From the IMG/VR virus record IMGVR_UViG_3300047313_000057, positions 54,245-118,244 of that record: 64,000 nucleotides of DNA; one strand, written 5' to 3'. This DNA is from a virus (taxonomy: Duplodnaviria; Caudoviricetes). The notes under the pieces are model-generated. The model did no database searches. It was not told the origin of the DNA and was given only the letters and a program-made list of their open reading frames with translations. The position numbers were made by a program, and so were the translations under genes. Within the stretch, counting starts at the first letter, position 1, and each line of letters begins with the position of its first letter. This document shows, piece after piece, positions 18,770 through 26,597 of the stretch.

Positions 18770-19126
18770 TCAAGGAACGATGATCCTGCCCTTTGCCGCG
18801 GCGTCCATGTGCTCGTCGACGATCCTCTGCCACGGCCGGCATTCGCCGGTAAGCACGCGCGCCGTCTCGCACGCGTCGCACACGAAGCCGTCGCATTTCG
18901 GACAGTAGCCGCGGGACCGCGTGCGATCGGGGTTGATGACGACGATGCGCGGGCAGTGCCGGCATTTCTTGGTGACGAATTGCAGCCTCTTGCTCGCCGG
19001 CTGCGCAATGACCGGCGCCGGGCCGCGATAGCCCGCAGCCGCGGCCTCCGCGCGGGAAATGCCGGGGGATTCCCGGTTGTCGATTTCGAGGTAGCCCTCG
19101 AACGAGGATTGCAGAAGGCGCGTCAT
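18770..19126 (-). CDS. Cys-rich Zn-binding protein (possible assembly chaperone)
   Basis: CRHC...CPKC...CDAC...C. Confidence 0.6.
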   Translation of the reverse strand: MTRLLQSSFEGYLEIDNRESPGISRAEAAAAGYRGPAPVIAQPASKRLQFVTKKCRHCPRIVVINPDRTRSRGYCPKCDGFVCDACETARVLTGECRPWQRIVDEHMDAAAKGRIIVP

Positions 19127-19881
19127 ATCATGAGAAGCGGCGTCGATCCCTGCAGCGTATCGGCACCGCCGGCCGGATTCTCGATGGCATCGCCGGTCAG
19201 CAACCAGCAGTGCGTATTGGTTCCGAACGCGACGGTCGCGTTGCTCTGCGAGGAGGCGAACAGCCGGTATTCGCTGGCGATGGAGCAGGCGTTGGAAGCG
19301 CCGCCGTTGGCGGCGGCGTCGATCAACGTGAAGTTCGTTCCCTGCGTTTCCGTGATGGAGTTGCCGCACAGAAAGAAGCCCAGCACCATGGCCGGATTGT
19401 TCGTCGCGGCGCCGCTCACTGTCACTGCGGAATCGCTGGACGACGTCGTGTTGCTGGTCTGGGCCGGACAAGCCACATTCGACGTCCAGACCGGGACGTT
19501 GGAACTGTCATAATTGACGCCGAAGGCGCTGATGCAGGCATCATCGATCGTCGCATTCGCGGTGACTTTGAAAACCGCGCCTGTCAGCGCCGTCGTCGCA
19601 GAGGCCGACCACACCTCCAACGACAGGCCGCCTTCGTTCGCGATCGAACCGGGATTATCCACGTAAAGCGACGACCGCCGGGTGAAGGTGCCGACGGTGC
19701 CGGTGCCGCCGGTCTTGCTGATGCCCGAAACGATTGCGTGCGTATTCCCCGCGACCACCTCCAGCGTCACGGCGATGACGATCAGGTCGTTGGCATTCGC
19801 CGTTGTCAGTGTCACCGAGGCGTTATTGGCCGAACTCCAGTTACTGACGACGGCATGGCCGTCAAGCGACAGCGTCGCCAT
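19123..19881 (-). CDS. Ser/Thr-rich beta protein, putative fibre tip/surface protein
   Basis: SVTLTTANANDLIVIAV...; two similar halves; very S/T/A-rich. Confidence 0.6.
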   Translation of the reverse strand: MATLSLDGHAVVSNWSSANNASVTLTTANANDLIVIAVTLEVVAGNTHAIVSGISKTGGTGTVGTFTRRSSLYVDNPGSIANEGGLSLEVWSASATTALTGAVFKVTANATIDDACISAFGVNYDSSNVPVWTSNVACPAQTSNTTSSSDSAVTVSGAATNNPAMVLGFFLCGNSITETQGTNFTLIDAAANGGASNACSIASEYRLFASSQSNATVAFGTNTHCWLLTGDAIENPAGGADTLQGSTPLLMI

Positions 19882-19886
19882 TTACG

Positions 19887-20285
19887 TCACACATTGCAGT
19901 TAGCCATCGTGTTCCAGGCGGCGGCCACCGCATTGTTGATGTCCGAATCCGTCGCGCCGGTCGATGCCGGCGTCGCGGTGGTGACGGCCGCGGCGACCGT
20001 GGCGTCCGTCGTCGCCGTGGTGAAATTGGCGGCGTTCTGCGTTACCACGTCGTTGGCAAGGATTGGATTTGATGCCGCCGCCCAGGCAAAATCCGCGATG
20101 TAGACATTCGGGTTGTTCAAGACCTGAAAGGCGTAGGCTTTTCTGGTCACATGGTTGGCGATGTTCTGCCCTTCGGCCCCGATCGAATAGACCGCATAGT
20201 TGAATACCGATGCCTGGACGCGCTGGACGAACACGGCATCGATGGCGATCCGCGACATGTCGTAGAGCGTTGCCGTGACGGTCAT
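19887..20285 (-). CDS. putative virion protein
   Basis: GAGGA RBS; ATDSDINNAVAAAWN C-terminus, Thr/Ala-rich. Confidence 0.55.
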   Translation of the reverse strand: MTVTATLYDMSRIAIDAVFVQRVQASVFNYAVYSIGAEGQNIANHVTRKAYAFQVLNNPNVYIADFAWAAASNPILANDVVTQNAANFTTATTDATVAAAVTTATPASTGATDSDINNAVAAAWNTMANCNV

Positions 20286-20297
20286 GGCTGCGTCCTC

Positions 20298-20732
20298 TCA
20301 ACGGAAGGGAAAGGGGCTGACCGGCCGGGGATGGCCGGGAATGTAGCGCATGGTGCGGAAGATCGCGGTCGCGCGCCAATACGCAAAGCCGTACTTCGTC
20401 TGATCGAACCACGCCGCTGTTCCTGGCGGCACGCCCGTGTCAAACCCGGCGCTCACGCTGCCTTGGCCCGCCGTGGTGACGCGGCCGACCGGATCGTTGG
20501 CGCTTGCCGGGTTGGCGCTCGTCCCGAAATAGAGCTGCGCGAGATGCGCCACCATCATGTTCAGGAACACGGTCTGTGCCGCCGCGTTCCTGACCGGCCC
20601 GCCGCCGTCGTTTCTATGATAGATCGTCGCCTCGGCGAACAGTTCGCCCGCCTGCGTGGAGTTGACGCTGCCCGCAAACTCCGGATATCTGGCAACCCAC
20701 TGATCGTAATTGAAAGCGACGGAAACGCCCAT
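20298..20732 (-). CDS. DUF4054 head-tail adaptor
   Basis: F..W.ARYPEF...MVAHLAQL...VGRVTTAGQGSVS...WFDQTKYGFAYW; position after capsid. Confidence 0.8.
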   Translation of the reverse strand: MGVSVAFNYDQWVARYPEFAGSVNSTQAGELFAEATIYHRNDGGGPVRNAAAQTVFLNMMVAHLAQLYFGTSANPASANDPVGRVTTAGQGSVSAGFDTGVPPGTAAWFDQTKYGFAYWRATAIFRTMRYIPGHPRPVSPFPFR

Positions 20733-21135
20733 GTCATGTCCTGACTTGATTTCCCGCCTTGACGCTTTGACCGGCCCAGATCCCAAAATAGACGCGGAGA
20801 TTTGCCCCTATCCGGTAAAGCGCAATGAACATCCAGATATTCTAAAAGATGGCGACTGGCTCTATGAACTTCCCCAGCACCACGGACGCGCCTGGGATTA
20901 TGTGCCCCGCTACACCGCCTCCATCGACGCGGCGCTGACGCTGGTGCCGAACGGCTGGCATCCCGTCATCGACTATCGCGACAAGCTCGATGGATCATCC
21001 TCTGTAGTGCTGTACGAATTTCCGCAGCCTTGTCGTCGCATTCCAGAGGCACCATTCTCGATCATCAAGACGTCAGCGGCCATCGCCCTTCTCATCGCCA
21101 TCTTGATAGCGCGAGAGGCCATTATCGAGTCGTAG
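20731..21135 (+). CDS. phage ABA-sandwich-like protein (moron)
   Basis: LISRLDALTGPDPKIDAEI...PRYTASIDAALTLVP...AIALLIAIL; opposite strand. Confidence 0.6.
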   Translation: MSCPDLISRLDALTGPDPKIDAEICPYPVKRNEHPDILKDGDWLYELPQHHGRAWDYVPRYTASIDAALTLVPNGWHPVIDYRDKLDGSSSVVLYEFPQPCRRIPEAPFSIIKTSAAIALLIAILIAREAIIES

Positions 21136-21158
21136 CTGAAAGCGACGATGACGCCCAT
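21130..21158 (-). repeat. diverged duplicate of the DUF4054 5' end (other copy 20704-20732)
   Basis: tcgtagctgaaagcgacgatgacgcccat vs tcgtaattgaaagcgacggaaacgcccat; MGVIVAFSYD vs MGVSVAFNYD. Confidence 0.8.
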
Positions 21159-21164
21159 TCTGGA

Positions 21165-21485
21165 TTACCTGTGCTTGGGAAGTTGCTGCTGAACCTCGAT
21201 CTTGTTGGACCTCACCTCATGTTCGAGTTCGGAGAGCCGCGACGCCAAACTCTCGATCTTGAGGTCACGCAATTGAAAGTCCCGCATGGCATCCCCCGCC
21301 GTGTAACGCGTCGGCGCCCAGCTGTTGAGTTCCGCCGACAGGACGCGGACGTCGGATTGAAGGCTGATGATCGAGACCAGAGTCCAGCCGAGAAGTCCAA
21401 GTGCGGCGATTGCTGCACCCCGGCCTAGTACCGTAAACCATGAGTTTTGAGCGAGATCGTAACCGGCATTACTAAGGCCGTCCAT
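21165..21485 (-). CDS. membrane-anchored coiled-coil protein
   Basis: one hydrophobic helix followed by a heptad pattern. Confidence 0.55.
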   Translation of the reverse strand: MDGLSNAGYDLAQNSWFTVLGRGAAIAALGLLGWTLVSIISLQSDVRVLSAELNSWAPTRYTAGDAMRDFQLRDLKIESLASRLSELEHEVRSNKIEVQQQLPKHR

Positions 21486-21509
21486 TATACCACCCATGAC
21501 AGCCAGCAA

Positions 21510-22058
21510 TCACCGCGCCGCGCGGTTGCCCATCTCTTCGGCGGTCTCGATCTGGCCCGCCTTGAAGCCCCGCGGCGGTTTGGTCGGATCGACCGGCTCG
21601 AGCCCCGTCACCAGGCTCTCGTTGTCGATGCAATGGCGCTCGGCGTCCTCCATCGACTTGTGGGCGACGATCAGCTCGTTCCTCACATAGTCGGCGTCCT
21701 TGTTCTGAGCGTACCAGTCGTTCCAGAACTCCTCCGGGATCCCCGAGGTCAGCGCATAGCCGCCGGCAATGAGATATCTCGGGACCTGCCCGACCGGGAA
21801 CGCCGGCCCCTTGACGACGTAGCGCGGCCCGACCTTGCGGCCGATCTGGATGTCGCGATGGCCCCCGCCCATCACCGGCTCGATGGTGCGCTCCATGGTG
21901 GAGAGCTGGAGGATCAGCCCATTCGGGATCTTGCACCCGACGATCACCGTTCCCGAAGTGGCGCGGGTCGTCGTGCGCAAATCGGAATCGGCGCCTGACG
22001 TGCCGATGACGCGCTCCTCGGCGCGGCGCTCCTTTTTCTCGGCGTTGGTACTGGCCAT
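21510..22058 (-). CDS. conserved head-module protein of DUF2184-type phages
   Basis: VIVGCKIPNGLILQL...GGYALTSGIPEEFW..W..QNKD. Confidence 0.7.
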   Translation of the reverse strand: MASTNAEKKERRAEERVIGTSGADSDLRTTTRATSGTVIVGCKIPNGLILQLSTMERTIEPVMGGGHRDIQIGRKVGPRYVVKGPAFPVGQVPRYLIAGGYALTSGIPEEFWNDWYAQNKDADYVRNELIVAHKSMEDAERHCIDNESLVTGLEPVDPTKPPRGFKAGQIETAEEMGNRAAR

Positions 22059-22157
22059 TGATGTTTGCCTCGTTTCAGGTGTTGACGGATTATCAATCGC
22101 GCTTTATATATGGATGGAAGACATCATCGTTGGCTGCGCTTGAAAAGGACCGTCCAA

Positions 22158-22406
22158 ATGAACGACCACCCGACCATGGAACAATTCGAGACGCTGGAAA
22201 AGCGTGTGGCCGAACTCGAACACGCTCGACTCAGCGTTGATGCTGCCATCGACCGCGTCGGCATCGCCATCGGCGAGACAATCAGCGCCAGACTGGCAAC
22301 AGTGTTCGATGAGAACATTCAAACGCTGGTACGCAAAATCGATGACAATAACGCCGCGGTTTTAGCGCAGTTTGAAAAACTGCATGAGGGTCCGCAAGAA
22401 CATTGA
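22158..22406 (+). CDS. coiled-coil hypothetical protein
   Basis: AGGA RBS; moron orientation. Confidence 0.5.
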   Translation: MNDHPTMEQFETLEKRVAELEHARLSVDAAIDRVGIAIGETISARLATVFDENIQTLVRKIDDNNAAVLAQFEKLHEGPQEH

Positions 22407-22417
22407 GAGGTACGGCC

Positions 22418-22618
22418 ATGAAACTCGGCGAACTGATCGCGCTCAGTAGAGAACTCAAGGGATGGTCGCTGCGCGATCTCGCACAGCGCAGCGACATGTC
22501 CAGCGGCGCGATTTCCCAGATCGAGACCGGGTACATCGCCGAGCCGTCATTCCGCAAGATCGTGCGGATTGCCAAGGCGCTCGGCGTGTCGCTCGACCGC
22601 CTGGCCGCTACCGAATAA
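22418..22618 (+). CDS. XRE-family HTH regulator
   Basis: GWSLRDLAQRSDMSSGAISQIETG..EPSF...IAKALGVSLD. Confidence 0.85.
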   Translation: MKLGELIALSRELKGWSLRDLAQRSDMSSGAISQIETGYIAEPSFRKIVRIAKALGVSLDRLAATE

Positions 22619-22629
22619 GGAGAACGACA

Positions 22630-23022
22630 ATGTTGATCGTGTTAGGTTGGATCGTGCTCGCCATCGCTGCCGGTGCCGTCGCCAGCGCCAAGGGACGCAG
22701 CGGCATCGGCTGGTTCCTGCTGTCGCTCCTCATCACGCCGGTCTTGACGCTGCTCATGCTGGCGGCGCTGCCGAATCAGCATTACGTCGACGCCTCCGGC
22801 GTCCGGCGCCGCGTCATGACGCAGCACGAATATGACCGCAGCCTCGCCGGTCCCCAGGAAATCGCCATCCCCCGCAAGCTTGAACTCGGGCTCTTCTATG
22901 CGCTTCTCGCCGTTCTCGTGATCGGCGTCATCGCGACCTTCGTGACCACCAGCATGCAAGCGCCGCAGCCCGCGCGCACCGCGACGGAAATGCAGCAGCC
23001 GGCGCCCTGGCAACGTCAGTGA
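22630..23022 (+). CDS. small membrane protein
   Basis: AAGAVASAKGRSGIGWFLLSLL; three TM segments; AAGGAG RBS. Confidence 0.7.
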   Translation: MLIVLGWIVLAIAAGAVASAKGRSGIGWFLLSLLITPVLTLLMLAALPNQHYVDASGVRRRVMTQHEYDRSLAGPQEIAIPRKLELGLFYALLAVLVIGVIATFVTTSMQAPQPARTATEMQQPAPWQRQ

Positions 23023-23058
23023 AATAGAAGCTTTAACCCCCAGGAAAGGAACCTCATC

Positions 23059-23244
23059 ATGGCAACATGGAAATGCGAGAAGTGCGGCGTTATCAATCAA
23101 GGGGCAAAGAAGAAATGCTCCTTCTGCGGGCAGCATTATCCGCGGCTCCGGCACCGCAGTGCTGCCGAGCAAATTGTCGAGTTCGTCTCCTGTCAGGCGG
23201 AAGGAGACGAGGAACTTCTCCAGATCGTGGGTGCCATTATCTAG
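23059..23244 (+). CDS. RanBP2-like zinc-ribbon protein
   Basis: WKCEKCGVIN...CSFCG. Confidence 0.5.
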   Translation: MATWKCEKCGVINQGAKKKCSFCGQHYPRLRHRSAAEQIVEFVSCQAEGDEELLQIVGAII

Positions 23245-23254
23245 GTGCGCGCCA

Positions 23255-23455
23255 TCACGCCGCCTTTTCCAGCGCCGCCTTGAGCCGCCGAACCATGACG
23301 ACATAGCGCATGTACGTCTCGCACGCCGGGCGATTGAGCCGCAATGTCGATTGCTCGACGGCGTTGAGGCCGAGCGCGATGTCGGCGTCACAGCGCTGCA
23401 GCGCGAACTCGACGAGATCGTCGGCGAGTTCGATGGTGCGGGTGGCTTGGCTCAT
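23255..23455 (-). CDS. hypothetical protein
   Basis: ATGA coupling to the HNH gene. Confidence 0.45.
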   Translation of the reverse strand: MSQATRTIELADDLVEFALQRCDADIALGLNAVEQSTLRLNRPACETYMRYVVMVRRLKAALEKAA

Positions 23456-23775
23456 TGCTTTCGTGATGCAGAGACAAGGGGCAGCGGCAGCGGCAACTGA
23501 TTGTCGTTCGCCGCGACGGGCACCTTGTGCAGTTGGTCATGACAGGCGCGGCACACTGCGAACAGGTCTTCGGGTTGCTCGTGGTAGAGCCGGTCGTAGT
23601 GGAGATGGTGGACGATCATGGCCGCCCGGACGTGGCAGCGTTCGCAGAGCCATCCGATGCGGCGCATGTAGTCGGCGCGCGTGCGTTTCCACGCTGCCGA
23701 ACGCAGGTAGACGCGGTAGTACCAGTCGGTACGGGTGAGATTTTGTATGCTATTGCGTTCCGACGCTGGTTTCAT
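23452..23775 (-). CDS. small HNH endonuclease
   Basis: YLRSAAW..TR...CERC...VHHLHYDRL..E..EDL..VCRACH..H. Confidence 0.8.
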   Translation of the reverse strand: MKPASERNSIQNLTRTDWYYRVYLRSAAWKRTRADYMRRIGWLCERCHVRAAMIVHHLHYDRLYHEQPEDLFAVCRACHDQLHKVPVAANDNQLPLPLPLVSASRKQ

Positions 23776-24286
23776 GTTCTCGAATCCTTTCCTCAAGTAA
23801 GGAAAGGACATTGCCCACATCACCTCTCAAATATCTACGACAGAAATGTAGCAACTCGTCATTCTCAAGGTTACCCAACAATAGCGGACTAAAGCCAGTG
23901 ACACGTTGATATACTTCTGCCTCGCCATGACCCAAGAAAAGACACGCAAATAAAATTTCTACTATCAATGACTGTTCCATGTATTCGACAACGTCGATAT
24001 TTTCTTGAGAAATATCGCATCCGAAATAAAGTGCCACTCCCCTAAGGTCCAATCTTAAAGGGCTTTTTTCTTTTGTGAGATCTCTTAGCCAAGGAATAAC
24101 GTCCTTGACTTTTCTTTTTTCACCTAAAGCTCTCCGAATTGTAAATCTTGACCATCCCTTATGATAAATTTGGAGGTCTTCCATAAGCTTGGAAATCTCT
24201 TTATCCGACATAAGGACATTAAGGAGTGCCTTTTCAACAACAGCTTTGCCAAAGGCATCTCCCCAAAGATCTGACACGACGTCCAT
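23750..24286 (-). CDS. AT-rich hypothetical protein
   Basis: 178 aa ORF in a markedly low-GC segment. Confidence 0.55.
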   Translation of the reverse strand: MDVVSDLWGDAFGKAVVEKALLNVLMSDKEISKLMEDLQIYHKGWSRFTIRRALGEKRKVKDVIPWLRDLTKEKSPLRLDLRGVALYFGCDISQENIDVVEYMEQSLIVEILFACLFLGHGEAEVYQRVTGFSPLLLGNLENDELLHFCRRYLRGDVGNVLSLLEERIREHETSVGTQ

Positions 24287-24370
24287 AGAAAGCTTTCCCA
24301 GATGCGTCTACTGTGCCTACAATAATAGCTTTTTCCCCTTAATAAAAGGAAACCAACAGAAATGTACCTG

Positions 24371-25225
24371 CTACACAAATGTAGCAACTCGCGCTTTCCG
24401 CCTCATCGGATTGCGATCGCCGACCATGTCAGGCCGGGACACGCCGCCCGCAGCCGCCTCTCGCTCCCGGCGCTTGCGCTGGCCTTCCTTCCGAGCCGCT
24501 GACTGCTGAGCCCGGTACTCCGGATCATTCCATAGCTCAGACTGCTTGCGTGCCCGGCTGGCCCGGCCGGCCTCGGTCTTGGTCCAGTGTTCGTCGGCGC
24601 GCGCTTTGTGTGAGGCGCTGATCTTGGCGGCGTTCTCGGGGCGTTTGTTGGCGTGGTTCTCGCCGCTCAGCTCGGAACGGCGCATCGGGTTCCGGTCGCC
24701 GGTCATCCGAATGCCCTGGCGGGCATGCGCTTCTGGTGTCTGTAACGGACTGCCGGGGCCAGATTTGCCAGCACGATATCGCGGATCACTCATCGCAGCG
24801 CTTTGCGTAGCGCTGGCCATGGCGCTCATGGCTGCACGATATTCGGGATCCTGCCACTGAAGGCGCATGACCTCGACGTATGCACGCTTAGAAGTCGCAT
24901 ATTGCAAAGGAGTTGTTTTTCGCTTCCTGCCCTTGGTCATGCAGACAAGCGCGAACAACATCTTTTTATACGGTTCGCCCCGCTTGCAAAATCTCGGCAG
25001 CAACCAATGGGCAATGAAATGTTCGCGAAAATTCAGATGGACGACGGAACTCCGCGTACCGCCAAAAGCACTCGGTATTGCGTGATGAATTTCGCGCTCT
25101 CCGCTCGGCAGTTTGCCACGCTTCAGCGCTTTTCCCATCAGCGCATCATAAAGCCGCTCTGACCAGCAACCGCACTTGGTCCTGTCACGCCAGGACAACT
25201 CGGCATCATAGGCACTTTCACGCAT
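24371..25225 (-). CDS. free-standing HNH homing endonuclease with NUMOD3-like repeats
   Basis: EIHHAIPSAFGG...LNFREHFIAHWLL; GDRNPM x2, GENHANK. Confidence 0.8.
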   Translation of the reverse strand: MRESAYDAELSWRDRTKCGCWSERLYDALMGKALKRGKLPSGEREIHHAIPSAFGGTRSSVVHLNFREHFIAHWLLPRFCKRGEPYKKMLFALVCMTKGRKRKTTPLQYATSKRAYVEVMRLQWQDPEYRAAMSAMASATQSAAMSDPRYRAGKSGPGSPLQTPEAHARQGIRMTGDRNPMRRSELSGENHANKRPENAAKISASHKARADEHWTKTEAGRASRARKQSELWNDPEYRAQQSAARKEGQRKRREREAAAGGVSRPDMVGDRNPMRRKARVATFV

Positions 25226-25361
25226 CGGTCTTCTCCGCGTCCGGCCGATCAAGCCCGCGACGCATCGGGGGTTGCTCTCGCAACACCGAACGCGAAGAAG
25301 ATTCGTGAAAGGGTGCTGCGTCGTTCAGATCGCGGCTGATCGCCCGCGATGATCTGACCCG

Positions 25362-25390
25362 AATATAGGAGAGACTGGACCGAAACTCAA
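25362..25390 (-). promoter_or_regulatory. sigma70-type promoter for the homing endonuclease, followed by a hairpin (25325-25357)
   Basis: TTGAGT-N17-TATATT; tcagatc...gatctga stem. Confidence 0.6.
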
Positions 25391-25480
25391 CAACTTTTAC
25401 GTGATTTTAATTAGTAAGATTTTGCCATTAACTTAGGCGTTATTTTACCATACAACTTTCAATCTATATTGCAAAAAACG

Positions 25481-26572
25481 TCAGACGCCCAAAAGTGACG
25501 AAATTGCAAAGGGTTGGCGGATGATGGCTCCCCATGTTCCGGCCAGCACTTTTTGTCGGAAACTTGAAAGTTGTCGAACTATAGGTTGCGCATGCATCTT
25601 CTCGTTGTAGGCCGCATACCCCGTAACCTGCCCTTCCACCTCCTCCGCGATAAGCTGCACGAGATTGCCCGCCGACTGCCCCTGCGGGTTCGACGTGCTG
25701 GTCTTGCCGTACTGGACCGCCGTCTCGAACCGGATGTTGGGGAAGTTCTTCTTGAGAAGATCGAACACGTTGACGTTGAACGTGTTGGTCGCCGTCAGCG
25801 CCACTTCCGAATTGGGCGACATCGCCAGCACCATCTTGGTGTCGGCTTCGACCAGACCCTGCGTCTGGCTGATGAGCTGGAAGAACAGCGCCTGGATGTC
25901 GTTGAACACCTCGTTCGCGGTGGCATTGATGCTGCCGCCGGTGGTGAACCAGGTGGTGCCGCCCGCGGCCTTGGTCGCCGGGGTGATCGAGGCGGTCAGC
26001 GCCGGATCGTTGAGGAGGCCGTAGTTTTGCAAACCTGCTACTCCGAAGAAGTAAGTCAAGTTTGAAAACTTATTCAAAATAGTTGCGGCTCCCTGGTCGA
26101 TTTCGGAAACCCAGTTAATACGCGCCAAACCTGCACGTTCTAACTCGCGGTCACCATACTCTTTAATAGTTTGAAAAAGGTATGCCTGCCTTTGTGGCCA
26201 AATTGTGTTAACATTCGCGCGCCCGCTTTCCGCGAAGTCGCCGTAGGAACTCACCTCTCCCGTGTGCTCGACGGTCGGGAACATGGCGGTCTCGTCCAAC
26301 CACGTACCCTTCCTCACCTCGCCCAGGATCACCGCCGCCCGGTTGGGGGCGAACAGGATCTTGAACACCGCGGGATCGATCATCGTGGTGAGGAACAGCG
26401 GCACGCCGGCGTTGGGCGTGGTGGCGAGGGCCGGCAGCGCGTCCATCGCCATCTCGAAGTTGCGCTTGAACTCCTCCGGGACGTAGCTCACCACGTCCGG
26501 AAGGGTGACGCCGCGGGCGACGAGCTGAGCGGAATCGGCCGCATAGGCGGCCATGGCTTCTTGAAGATTCAC
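25481..26572 (-). CDS. major capsid protein (DUF2184-type)
   Basis: GTG start after AAGGAG; TTMIDP...KGTW...GEVSSYGD...ERAG...YFFGVAGLQNYGLLNDP...GTWGAIIRQP. Confidence 0.9.
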   Translation of the reverse strand: MNLQEAMAAYAADSAQLVARGVTLPDVVSYVPEEFKRNFEMAMDALPALATTPNAGVPLFLTTMIDPAVFKILFAPNRAAVILGEVRKGTWLDETAMFPTVEHTGEVSSYGDFAESGRANVNTIWPQRQAYLFQTIKEYGDRELERAGLARINWVSEIDQGAATILNKFSNLTYFFGVAGLQNYGLLNDPALTASITPATKAAGGTTWFTTGGSINATANEVFNDIQALFFQLISQTQGLVEADTKMVLAMSPNSEVALTATNTFNVNVFDLLKKNFPNIRFETAVQYGKTSTSNPQGQSAGNLVQLIAEEVEGQVTGYAAYNEKMHAQPIVRQLSSFRQKVLAGTWGAIIRQPFAISSLLGV

Positions 26573-26597
26573 GTTGGTTACTCCTTTCCGCCGTCGC

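Noticed and set aside
24371-26572. Group I intron or intein in the capsid gene
   Set aside because: The capsid frame is continuous and of normal length; the endonuclease lies outside it with its own promoter.
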